This document shows, one piece after another, positions 19,445 through 28,439 of a stretch of 64,000 bases of DNA (its first letter is position 1; every line of letters starts with the position of its first letter). The position numbers were made by a program, and so were the translations under genes. The stretch comes from an uncultured Gammaproteobacteria bacterium. Lineage in GTDB: Bacteria; Patescibacteriota; Microgenomatia; UBA12405. Where the stretch lies: positions 16,618 through 80,617 of the forward strand of contig CAYPBP010000004.1 in the NCBI GenBank assembly GCA_964408995.1, in the 5' to 3' direction. Under the pieces are notes generated by a model. That model did no database searches and was not told the origin of the DNA. It saw only the letters and a list, made by a program, of their open reading frames with translations.

Positions 19445-22233
19445 TTAGACTTTTTTACCGTTAAAGTGTCACCATTTTCTATAGAGACAGCTAAAGTTTT
19501 ACTTTTGATTTGATCTTCAAATAATTTTGGCCAGTTTGGAGCTGTAATTTTGATTTTATCGTTTATTTCTAAACCAGCTTCACGTCGTAGAACTTGAATT
19601 GATCTGACTAAATCACGATATTCCCCTTCGGCAATAAGCTCTGGGGTCAAATTAGTATCCAAAACAACAGCTAAATCTTCTTTTTTAGATTCAAAAACAA
19701 TTTCTTTAACATTAGTTTCCTGGGCAATGATATTAATTAAGTCTTGGCTTAATTTGAAATCTTGATTAATAGTGGCCTTGGCTAATGGTTGACGAAGTTT
19801 TAAGTTGAATTTTTGTCTTTGACCATGAATTAATTGACAGATATTTCTAACTGATTCCATGGCTTTTTCAAGATTAGGATTGATTAAATTTTTATCGGCT
19901 TTTGGCCAATCTTCTAAATGAACACTTTGATCAGAACTAGCAATATCAAAACCACAAAGGTTTTGATAAATAATTTCAGAAACAAAAGGGATAAAAGGAG
20001 TTAGGAATCGAGAAATTTGGTTAAAACAGAAATATAAAAGCTGGTTATTATCACTTCGATCACGACTACGACGAATGTACCAAGTGGATAAATCACTAAC
20101 AAAGTTTTCAATAGCTTTAGTGGCAGTTGAGGTGGTGTATTTATCTAAACTTTCAGTAGTTTTTTGGATAGTTGAATTTAGTCTGGACAAAAGCCAAAGA
20201 TCCATAGTGTTGGTAGTTTTTGGAGCAGTTTGATTGTCTTTATCTGGTTGCCAATTTTCCATGTTGGCATGTTGAGTGAAAAAACGATAAGAATTCCAAA
20301 GAATAAGGAGGAAATCTTTTTTAACTTGATCAGCAATATTGTAACCAAAATTGACACTGGTAAAAGCTTTTTGCTGACAATAAAGCCAACGCATTGGGTC
20401 AACACCCATTTTAGCTACAGCTTCATCGTAAGGAATACCATTTTTTTTGGTTTTACTCATCCTCTCACCTTTTTCATCTCTAACTTCAGCATAAGTAACG
20501 ACATTTTTGTATGGAGGAACATCTTCAAAAGTGACAGAAAAATAAAGCATGGAATAAAACCAAAGTCTAACTTGTTCGGTCATTTCCAAAACCATTTCAG
20601 CTGGGAACCATTTTTGCCAATAATCTTTATTATCTAAATACTTTAGGGTGGAAAAAGGAACTACACCAGCATCAAGCCAGACATCGCCGACATCAGGAAT
20701 ACGTTTAACGTTTTGACCGCATTTAGGACATTTGATCTCAATTTCATCAATCCAAGGACGATGAAAAGATGGAAGCCTTTCGACGAGTTCAGGGTTAACA
20801 GCTTTTTCTTGTAATTCTTCTTTGGAACCAATGACAACTAATTCGCCACAGTCACATTGATAGAAAGGCAGAGCTAAACCATAAAAACGTTTACGATTAA
20901 TCATCCAATCTTCCATTGAGTCGAGCCAATTTTGCATGCGACGACCAGCGTATTTAGGATGCCAATTTACTTTTTTGGCAGCTTCTTTTAATAAGGGACG
21001 GATTTTATCTGAATTAATAAACCAAGAATCTTCTAGTCGGAAGAGACATTTGGTTTTACAACGCCAACAATGAGGATAACGATGAGTAACTGATTCAGTT
21101 TTGAATAATAAATCTTTGGATTTTAGATAATCAAAAACCTTTTCATTAACATCGTGAGCATAGAGACCACTTAATTCACCATAACCTTCTAAGAAATGAC
21201 CAGCAGTATCAAGTGGAGCAATCATATCAGCTCCAAGTTTTTTACCTAATTCAAAATCTTCTTGACCACAACCAGGAGCAATGTGAACAACACCAGTACC
21301 ATCTTCTGGGCTGACTTCATCCCAATTAGTGATGTAGTGTTTAACTCCAATTTGTGCCGGAATATCATAAAGAGATTCATATTCTAGATTTAATAAAGTT
21401 TTAGCATCAATACTTTCATAATCAGTTAAAGCAAGTCGGTCGGCGGCAACCTTGGCAAGATATATAACACTGCCTTCGAATTTAGCTTTAACATATTCAA
21501 AATCAGTATTAATGGCTAACAAAACATTGGCTGATAAAGTCCAAGGAGTAGTGGTCCAAACTAAAACATATTCATTTTGACGATCTTTTAATTTGAATTT
21601 CAAATAAACTGAAGTATCAGTGTCCATTTGGTAACCATCGGCTTCTTCGTGCTGAGATAAACCAGTTTCACAACGAGGACACCAAGTGGTGGCTGATTTT
21701 TTCTTGATTAACCAACCTTTTTGCCAAACAGTTTTTAAAAAGTGCCAAATATAGAGATTGTTTGTTTGAGAATTGGTGTAATAAGAATCGTCCCAATCCA
21801 TAAACATGCCAAGACGTTTGGATTGTTCGGTTTGAATTTGACTATATTTATTGACTCGAGCCAAACAAGCATTAGTAAAATTATCCATGCCAAAATCTAA
21901 AATATCTTTTTTAGAGTTAAATCCGGATTCTTTTTCAACTTCGACTTCGACCCAAAGACCTTGGCAATCAAAACCATTTTGAAATCTTTGAGCAAAACCT
22001 TGGCTGTTTTTATAACGCTGGAAAACGTCTTTTAGAGCTCGACCCCTGGCATGATGAACACCCATGGGGTTATTGGCAGTGATAGGACCATCAATAAAAC
22101 TAAAAATCTTATCTGAAGAATCGTTTTTGTGAAGATATTTTTGGACCACATCGTGGGTATACCAAAAATCAACTAACTTGGTTTCCAGTTCGGGAAAGTT
22201 TGGTAATGATGGTAAATCTTTAAAGAATGACAT
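19441..22233 (-). CDS. ileS: Isoleucyl-tRNA synthetase, type 2
   Basis: DGPITAN, GFDCQGL, WTTTPWTL, GTGVVHIAP, YPHCWRC, DVWLDAG, RMSKT, WYIRRSR; type-2 C-terminus lacking a Zn finger. Confidence 0.96.
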   Translation of the reverse strand: MSFFKDLPSLPNFPELETKLVDFWYTHDVVQKYLHKNDSSDKIFSFIDGPITANNPMGVHHARGRALKDVFQRYKNSQGFAQRFQNGFDCQGLWVEVEVEKESGFNSKKDILDFGMDNFTNACLARVNKYSQIQTEQSKRLGMFMDWDDSYYTNSQTNNLYIWHFLKTVWQKGWLIKKKSATTWCPRCETGLSQHEEADGYQMDTDTSVYLKFKLKDRQNEYVLVWTTTPWTLSANVLLAINTDFEYVKAKFEGSVIYLAKVAADRLALTDYESIDAKTLLNLEYESLYDIPAQIGVKHYITNWDEVSPEDGTGVVHIAPGCGQEDFELGKKLGADMIAPLDTAGHFLEGYGELSGLYAHDVNEKVFDYLKSKDLLFKTESVTHRYPHCWRCKTKCLFRLEDSWFINSDKIRPLLKEAAKKVNWHPKYAGRRMQNWLDSMEDWMINRKRFYGLALPFYQCDCGELVVIGSKEELQEKAVNPELVERLPSFHRPWIDEIEIKCPKCGQNVKRIPDVGDVWLDAGVVPFSTLKYLDNKDYWQKWFPAEMVLEMTEQVRLWFYSMLYFSVTFEDVPPYKNVVTYAEVRDEKGERMSKTKKNGIPYDEAVAKMGVDPMRWLYCQQKAFTSVNFGYNIADQVKKDFLLILWNSYRFFTQHANMENWQPDKDNQTAPKTTNTMDLWLLSRLNSTIQKTTESLDKYTTSTATKAIENFVSDLSTWYIRRSRDRSDNNQLLYFCFNQISRFLTPFIPFVSEIIYQNLCGFDIASSDQSVHLEDWPKADKNLINPNLEKAMESVRNICQLIHGQRQKFNLKLRQPLAKATINQDFKLSQDLINIIAQETNVKEIVFESKKEDLAVVLDTNLTPELIAEGEYRDLVRSIQVLRREAGLEINDKIKITAPNWPKLFEDQIKSKTLAVSIENGDTLTVKKSN

Positions 22234-22266
22234 ATTTGTTGGATTTAATTATGTCTGTATTATACC

Positions 22267-22731
22267 TTATATTTGGTTCATTACCTCAATTATGTGGCTA
22301 GTAGAAAAGGATGGAATTCTTTTAATAACTTCGACTAATTTGGCACCGACTAGTTTGGCTTGAGTTTTTTTAATTTCGGTTTTTTCGTCCCCTTTGGTGA
22401 TGGCAATTACTGATGGTTTAATTTCTTTTACTAAATCAGTATATTGTTGACCATTAATTTCTGGTAATAAAATTACCCAATCGACCATATCTAAATTAAT
22501 TAATATTTCAGCTCGATTTTGCTCTTTATTTATTGGTCTGTCATTACCTTTTAATTTTTTAATAGTGGCATCGGATTCTAGTAAAACAACTAAAGTTTTA
22601 CCCAGCTTTTTGGCTTTTTTCAAAAAACTAATGTGGCCCAAATGAAGAATATCAAAACAACCTCCGACCAAAACTATCTCTTGGTTTTTTTCGAGTTTGT
22701 TTAGTTGATTAATTTTGATGATATTGGACAT
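22267..22731 (-). CDS. Cytidylyltransferase/adenylyltransferase family protein (RfaE/TagD-like)
   Basis: GGCFDILHLGH, KG..RPI, STS.II. Confidence 0.88.
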   Translation of the reverse strand: MSNIIKINQLNKLEKNQEIVLVGGCFDILHLGHISFLKKAKKLGKTLVVLLESDATIKKLKGNDRPINKEQNRAEILINLDMVDWVILLPEINGQQYTDLVKEIKPSVIAITKGDEKTEIKKTQAKLVGAKLVEVIKRIPSFSTSHIIEVMNQI

Positions 22732-22775
22732 ATAGATTGGTAATGTATTATACCTTTTGGTATTATTAATTTATA

Positions 22776-23423
22776 ATGAAAAAGTTTATTAGATTGTACA
22801 AGCCTCAAATAATAGCCTGTAGCCCGTTTTTTGTTATAGCTTTGATTATTGTTGTTCTTCATCTATTCCTGCATCCTGTAAGAGTTCTTGATATGAGTAC
22901 AAGTATATTTTATATGGATGAAAAACACACTTTGGCAGCTTTATTTTTAACACTGACGTCATTTTTGGTTGGATATTTAATATTAGTTAACCTAGTTAAT
23001 AAAAAAAACAAAACTGAACGGTTAATTAACCTTTTTTATGGTTTGTTTTTTATTATTCTTTCTATTGATGAATATTTTGAAGTTCATGAATATGCTAATA
23101 CTCTTGTAAAGGCTGCTATTAAAAATGATGGAATTGGTAAATCATTGACTAATTGGTCTTGGATTTTTCCGTTATCATTAATAATTTTAGCTGTATTTGT
23201 ATTATTTATAGTAAAAATTAAAAATCTAAAGCCTAATGCCAGGCTACCTATTATTTTAGGAACACTGTCTTTTGGGTTGGTGTTAATCTTTGAATTATTG
23301 GGTGCGGCTACTTATGGAAACAATATTTATGTATATTTTGTAGCAATTGAAGAAGGTATGGAAATGATTGGAATTTCTTTCTTTTTACTTGCTGTTTTGG
23401 TGGAAAATAAAAAGATATTATAA
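22776..23423 (+). CDS. Multi-pass membrane protein
   Basis: About six TM segments; SIDEYFEVHE and IEEGMEMIG motifs. Confidence 0.8.
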   Translation: MKKFIRLYKPQIIACSPFFVIALIIVVLHLFLHPVRVLDMSTSIFYMDEKHTLAALFLTLTSFLVGYLILVNLVNKKNKTERLINLFYGLFFIILSIDEYFEVHEYANTLVKAAIKNDGIGKSLTNWSWIFPLSLIILAVFVLFIVKIKNLKPNARLPIILGTLSFGLVLIFELLGAATYGNNIYVYFVAIEEGMEMIGISFFLLAVLVENKKIL

Positions 23424-25178
23424 TTGTTTGTAGATTGATTCAATTTGATCAACCATTGATTTTATAGAGAATTTTTTTGAATCAATCATAGCCTGTTTTC
23501 CAATTTTATCTCGCAAATTTTTATCTATTAAAATTTTTTTTAATAGATTTGATAATTCTTGTGAATTTTTCGGATTTACAAGAAAACCGTTTTTATTATT
23601 TTTAATAAATTCTTTTGGTCCACCAGTATTAGAGGCAATTACTACTTTTCCGGCTGCCATAGCTTCTAAATACATTAGTCCAAAGGTTTCATATAATGCT
23701 GGCACACAAACAATATCTGCTCCAGAATAAAATTCTGGCATTTTATCTGGGCTAATTATTGGTATAAATTTTACATTTTTTTCCAGTTTTTTTTCTTTGA
23801 CTATTTCTTTTATAGTTATTTTTGTATTTGCTAATACTTTATTTGCACATACTTCGTTTGAAATACTTACTAATAAAAAATTATTAATTCCATTTTTTAT
23901 TAATTTCCCCAGAGCATCGAAAACTAATTTTAAATTCTTTTGTTTATTAAGTTCTCCATTGGTTAAACTAAATAACCTGGCTGGACTAAAAAGAATTATT
24001 CTTCCTTCTTTTCTAAATTTAGACATTGTATTTCCGACTTTTGCTTTTGAAAAAAGATTAGTATCAATTCCGTTATAAATTACATTTATTTTTTTAGCAT
24101 TTGTTCCTAATTTTTTCCACTCTTTTTTAACAAAATCACTAACACAAATTAAATAGTCCCATGGTAATTCCCTTAGTGGTTTTGTCACCTCACAATCTTT
24201 TAATTGAGCATTATGAGCATGTTCAATTATTGGAATTCCAGAATTTTTTACTGTTTTAAATATTTTTAATACTGTTTTGACTCCTATGGATTTATCTTTA
24301 CTTCCAGATGGATATGTTCCATTATGAAAATGAAAGATGTCTGGTTTATTTCTTTTTAAAATTTCAAACAAGTCGTAATCAACTTTTTGTTCATTCTGAA
24401 AATTTTTGGAATCAACATATTTTCTTCTAAATACTTTAATTCCAAAGACTTTTTCATCAGTCTCTTTTCCATCATCCAGTACTGATGTTAATACTGATAC
24501 TTCATATCCTCTTTTTACTAACTCCCGAGCTTGATTTAATAATATTGTTTCGGCTCCACCAACTTTAGGATAAAAAAACCAACTAAAAAACATTATTGAT
24601 CTGTTTTTATTTTTTTCTTTTAAAACGGGTAGTTCTTTAAAATAGTTGTGGCCAAAATTATCTTTATTTAAATTTATCCAATTTTTTAAAATAAAACTAT
24701 TAAACATAGCATGGCCTACTAATAAAATATTTTTTTTAGAATATTTATTAATAAATTTTCTTAAATCTAGATACCTTTTATCTAACAAATCTGGTTTTTC
24801 ACCTTTGGTGAAAACCCAATTTTGAAAATTATTTGATTGAACATTTTTATAATCATTTGGATATTTTTTTTGGGCTTGGGCTGATGTCATTCCACTAATT
24901 ATTCCAACATCAACTTCATTTAATAATTTAGTTTTAATTATTAGAATATTTTTTCCATAACTTTCTTTTTGTTGTTTTTGATAAATTTTTGCTGTTTGAT
25001 AAGCTCTTTTTAAATTACTACAAATTATTACATCAAATTGATATTTTCCAGCTATTTTTATAGCTTGTTTTTTTACTTCTTCTTTTCCTTTACTTATTAG
25101 TGATGTATCTATGCGACTACCAGCAAAAAAATTTTTTTGATTATGTTCAGATTTTGCATGTCTAACTAAAACAATCAT
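23418..25178 (-). CDS. Histidine phosphatase - GT4 glycosyltransferase fusion
   Basis: N-terminal LVRHAKS..N, S.LKRAYQT, L.E...G, LVGH; C-terminal GGAE, IYNGID, ETFGLMYLEAMAAGK. Confidence 0.88.
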   Translation of the reverse strand: MIVLVRHAKSEHNQKNFFAGSRIDTSLISKGKEEVKKQAIKIAGKYQFDVIICSNLKRAYQTAKIYQKQQKESYGKNILIIKTKLLNEVDVGIISGMTSAQAQKKYPNDYKNVQSNNFQNWVFTKGEKPDLLDKRYLDLRKFINKYSKKNILLVGHAMFNSFILKNWINLNKDNFGHNYFKELPVLKEKNKNRSIMFFSWFFYPKVGGAETILLNQARELVKRGYEVSVLTSVLDDGKETDEKVFGIKVFRRKYVDSKNFQNEQKVDYDLFEILKRNKPDIFHFHNGTYPSGSKDKSIGVKTVLKIFKTVKNSGIPIIEHAHNAQLKDCEVTKPLRELPWDYLICVSDFVKKEWKKLGTNAKKINVIYNGIDTNLFSKAKVGNTMSKFRKEGRIILFSPARLFSLTNGELNKQKNLKLVFDALGKLIKNGINNFLLVSISNEVCANKVLANTKITIKEIVKEKKLEKNVKFIPIISPDKMPEFYSGADIVCVPALYETFGLMYLEAMAAGKVVIASNTGGPKEFIKNNKNGFLVNPKNSQELSNLLKKILIDKNLRDKIGKQAMIDSKKFSIKSMVDQIESIYKQL

Positions 25179-26533
25179 TATTCTATAATGGCTAATAATT
25201 CAGCTAAAACACGAATAGTCTTATCAGCTGCTTCTTTGAGTTCTTTAGATTTTGGTCTATAAGCTACACTTAATTTTGCTTGTTTAAAAGCTGCTAAACT
25301 TTTGTCGTTTCCGGCAACCATAATGGTTTGCGAAGGTTTTACTTTTTGTGATTTTATAGCTTTATAAAAAGATTTAGAAAATCCCTCATCAAAAGTATCA
25401 TTCATCCAATTGATTGATTCTTCTTTTATTTTACCTGTATATTTACCTTTTTTCTTCTCTAAACATATTCCATCCCAAAAATGAATACCTAATCTGTTGG
25501 CGTAAACTTCTACGATTGGTGAAAAGTTTGAGCTGATTATTCCAACTTGATACTTTCTTCTTATTAATGCTTTAATTACTTCTTGGGCATAACGAACAAT
25601 TGGTAATTTAGAAACAATTTCTTCTACTGTAGAAACTTTGGTTTCAATGAATAGTTTTGCGTTCTTTGCGAGATATTCTCTAGCTGTTATTTTTCCTTTT
25701 TCTAAAGAATCATGATTTTTATTAATTTCTTCTTGAATTCCTAAAATTTTATATAATTCTCCAAGAGCAGACTCATTAATTAAAGTATTATCTAACGTAA
25801 ATAAAACTAATTTGTAATTATGACGAATTAGGCCAGCTTTAGAAATCATTGTTTCTAATACTTGCCGACTCATTTCTTTAACTGTTTCAGCTGAATTTTC
25901 TCTGTTGACTAAAGAGCCAATGTTAACTTCAACAATCCTTTGTTCTGATTCAATAGCATCAAAAAGTAAGCCAATATCTACTCCATACCTATCAGCAAAT
26001 TCAGCATTTATTAAAAAACTTTTTTTGGCACAAATTTGACCACTAATTGGTTGATCGAAATACATACTAGGGAATAGTATTTCCATCATTGGTTTTACTG
26101 CAAATTCTGTAACCCTACCTCTGGCTCGAGTAAAAGATCCTCTAGCCATGTCTACCTTATCTAATAATACTGGTTCTACAATTTTAAATATTTTTTGACT
26201 AGTTATATTGCCTAAATCAGCATCTAAGAATAAAATTATTTCATTTCTTGCTTTTTTAACCCCAGTTTTTAAAGCTAAACCCTTACCTCTGTTTTTATTT
26301 AATTTAATATATGTGAAACGTTCTTCGTTTTCAAATTGTTTTACTGCTATTTCTGTATCATCAGTACTCCCATCATCTATAAAAATTAGTTCATCCATTT
26401 GGGGAATTTTTAATAATTCTAAAACTACTTTTACAAAACGTGGGTTTTCATTATAAGAAGGTACAACAGCAGAAAATTTTTGTGAAACTTCTTTATCTAG
26501 TTCGTTAGTTAGAAGTTCATTTGAATTTAACAT
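25178..26533 (-). CDS. Glucosyl-3-phosphoglycerate synthase-like GT-A domain fused to HAD (SerB-like) domain
   Basis: PSYNE, DDGSTD, GKG.A, FLDADL, GRVTE, QPISGQ, YGVDIGLL.D; C-terminal HAD fold with FTLDNTL. Confidence 0.85.
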   Translation of the reverse strand: MLNSNELLTNELDKEVSQKFSAVVPSYNENPRFVKVVLELLKIPQMDELIFIDDGSTDDTEIAVKQFENEERFTYIKLNKNRGKGLALKTGVKKARNEIILFLDADLGNITSQKIFKIVEPVLLDKVDMARGSFTRARGRVTEFAVKPMMEILFPSMYFDQPISGQICAKKSFLINAEFADRYGVDIGLLFDAIESEQRIVEVNIGSLVNRENSAETVKEMSRQVLETMISKAGLIRHNYKLVLFTLDNTLINESALGELYKILGIQEEINKNHDSLEKGKITAREYLAKNAKLFIETKVSTVEEIVSKLPIVRYAQEVIKALIRRKYQVGIISSNFSPIVEVYANRLGIHFWDGICLEKKKGKYTGKIKEESINWMNDTFDEGFSKSFYKAIKSQKVKPSQTIMVAGNDKSLAAFKQAKLSVAYRPKSKELKEAADKTIRVLAELLAIIE

Positions 26534-26835
26534 CGTTTATTATAACATCTTATACAATAAAAATACAAAATATTGGCTAAAGTTTGAGGAAATATGTTAT
26601 AGATACTATTTCTGTATTCTATAAAATTGAAGCAGGAAATAAAAAATACTTTTATCGGACTGAGAATATTGAAAACATCAGGCCTACGTTTCACTACGGC
26701 CTGCGAAAGCGGAACATGTGGGTCTAGCACCATTCTGTCCCTATAACACCCACATTTGATTGTCTAATTTTACCATTCTATTCATCCTAAGGTTAGAGAG
26801 TAGAACTAAATTACCAATATAAATAATTAACCCTC

Positions 26836-26873
26836 TTGACAATAAATTAGCACTCGTTTTACAATACTGCTAG
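26836..26873 (+). promoter_or_regulatory. hsp20 promoter overlapped by CIRCE-like operator
   Basis: TTGACA-18-TACAAT; TTAGCACTC-N9-TACTGCTAG at 26847-26873. Confidence 0.8.
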
Positions 26874-26985
26874 GTGGTTAGAAAAACCAATATAGCATTA
26901 GCCTGCGATAGTGGCTTAATAATCATCATTGCAGTCTCCTTGGTGGGGACGCCTACAATGTAAATTGGTGATCTTCTAACCACCT
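26872..26985 (+). ncRNA. Putative structured RNA in the hsp20 leader (family not recognised)
   Basis: 12-bp perfect closing stem AGGTGGTTAGAA/TTCTAACCACCT enclosing ACCAAT/ATTGGT and two internal hairpins. Confidence 0.6.
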
Positions 26986-27021
26986 TAATTAATTATTTTT
27001 ATATTTAATAAGGAGGTAAAA

Positions 27022-27450
27022 ATGTCAGTCAACATTGTTCCTAAAAAAATGTTATCTTTTCCTTCTTTTTCTCTACCCAGTCTTTGGGATGAGGATGAAG
27101 ATTGGTTTATGACTCCATCCACTCAGAGTGGACTATCTGTTTACGAAGATGACAGTAAAGTATATATTGAAACAGCTATTCCAGGGATAAACCCTAAAGA
27201 TGTCGAGGTTACCTTTCAAGATGGCTATCTATGGGTAAGGGCTGAAACTAAAGAAGAGGAAAAAGATAAAAATAAAAAATATTACCGTCAAGCCAGCCAG
27301 TCATTTTCTTACCGTGTAGCTGTTCCCGGTGAAGTTGATTCCAATAAAGAACCGGAGGCAACATATAAACACGGAATGATGACAATTACTTTTAATAAAA
27401 TTCCGAAGTCTCAGCCAAAAAAAATACAAATAAAGACAATTGACGAATAA
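27022..27450 (+). CDS. Hsp20/alpha-crystallin small heat-shock protein
   Basis: VYE, PGI...DVEV, F.YRV..P, A.YK.G...I; strong AAGGAGG SD. Confidence 0.94.
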   Translation: MSVNIVPKKMLSFPSFSLPSLWDEDEDWFMTPSTQSGLSVYEDDSKVYIETAIPGINPKDVEVTFQDGYLWVRAETKEEEKDKNKKYYRQASQSFSYRVAVPGEVDSNKEPEATYKHGMMTITFNKIPKSQPKKIQIKTIDE

Positions 27451-27474
27451 AATTGTTTTGAAAAACTGTATTTT

Positions 27475-27501
27475 AAACCCCGTTATATGACGGGATTTTT
27501 G
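27475..27501 (+). terminator. Intrinsic terminator after hsp20
   Basis: CCCGT-TATATG-ACGGG followed by ATTTTT. Confidence 0.7.
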
Positions 27502-27610
27502 TTTATTACAGAAACTTGTCTTGGAAAATGTTGAATTTGGAGAATATACACCAACAAGTTAGGAAAATACTTGACTAGCACTCGGGTCGCACAGAACTTT
27601 GGCCGTTAGG

Positions 27611-27693
27611 CGGAAGGGATGGGAGTCGAACCCACATGCCATTTCTGACGCAGGTTTAGCAAACCTGTGGCTTACCATTCGCCGCACCCTTCC
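27611..27693 (-). tRNA. tRNA-Ser(GCT)
   Basis: GGAAGGG/CCCTTCC acceptor, CAGGT-TTGCTAA-ACCTG, long variable arm, GGTTCGACTCC. Confidence 0.95.
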
Positions 27694-27749
27694 TTGTTGG
27701 ATGTGTTTTAGTATATCAAATTTTTATAAAATGCTTTATTATTATATTA

Positions 27750-28277
27750 ATGGAAGAACAAATGGATAAATTAATAAAAAGTATTAATGAAGAGAAGACG
27801 TTATTTGAGTGGGAATCAGCTGAAAGGTCTTATAAAAAAAGAGATAAAGACTTTTGGATAACAGTAGTGGCAATTTTGATTCTATTTTCTGTTATTTTAT
27901 TCTTTATAGAAGAGTTCTTTTTGATAGTAGCTTTGGTTTCAATATTATTTTTATATTATGTTTTAGCAACAGTTCCTCCAGAGAAAATTAAAAGTAAAAT
28001 TACCAACAGAGGCGTTTATTTTGGGGAAGCAGAGTACAAATGGGATATTTTGGCAAGATTTTGGTTTAAAAAGAATTTAGATAGTGAACTTTTGGAATTT
28101 GAGACTGAACTAAACTTCCCAAGACAAATCTCTTTGGTTATAAATACTGAAGAAAAAGAAGAAATCAAAAATGTCCTTTTGAAAAAATTACCATTGATTG
28201 AATCTTCACCTAACTTTATTGATAAATTAACAAAATGGTTTGGAGACAGATTACCTTTGGAAAAACGGGAAAAATAG
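27750..28277 (+). CDS. Conserved-looking membrane protein (2 TM plus PH-like soluble domain)
   Basis: N-terminal W.S.ER...R...W, two TMs, ITNRGV...Y.W..L..FW. Confidence 0.8.
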   Translation: MEEQMDKLIKSINEEKTLFEWESAERSYKKRDKDFWITVVAILILFSVILFFIEEFFLIVALVSILFLYYVLATVPPEKIKSKITNRGVYFGEAEYKWDILARFWFKKNLDSELLEFETELNFPRQISLVINTEEKEEIKNVLLKKLPLIESSPNFIDKLTKWFGDRLPLEKREK

Positions 28278-28304
28278 ATTTTTTTTGGTATAATTCACTT
28301 CGAT

Positions 28305-28378
28305 GTACTCGTAGCTCAATTGGATAGAGCATTGGTTTGCGGAACCAAAGGTTGGAGGTCCGAGCCCTCTCGAGTACA
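28305..28378 (+). tRNA. tRNA-Arg(GCG)
   Basis: GTACTCG/CGAGTAC acceptor, TAGCTCAATTGGATAGAGC D arm, TTGGT-TTGCGGA-ACCAA anticodon arm. Confidence 0.92.
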
Positions 28379-28391
28379 CTCAGTAAGTGTC

Positions 28392-28434
28392 GTTTGCGGT
28401 CCCGCAGCAGCGGGACGATTCCTTGTAGGCGCAC
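28392..28434 (+). pseudogene. tRNA-Arg 3'-half remnant overwritten by GC hairpin
   Basis: GTTTGCGG + TCCCGCAGCAGCGGGA + CGATTCCTTGTAGGCGCAC. Confidence 0.65.
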
Positions 28435-28439
28435 TTAAT

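Noticed and set aside
26527-26733. 68-aa ORF upstream of the GT operon
   Set aside because: Runs through palindromic elements, no recognisable features; more likely non-coding
27575-27583. Third CIRCE element (CTAGCACTC)
   Set aside because: Half-site only, no matching arm 9 bp away, and not upstream of a gene
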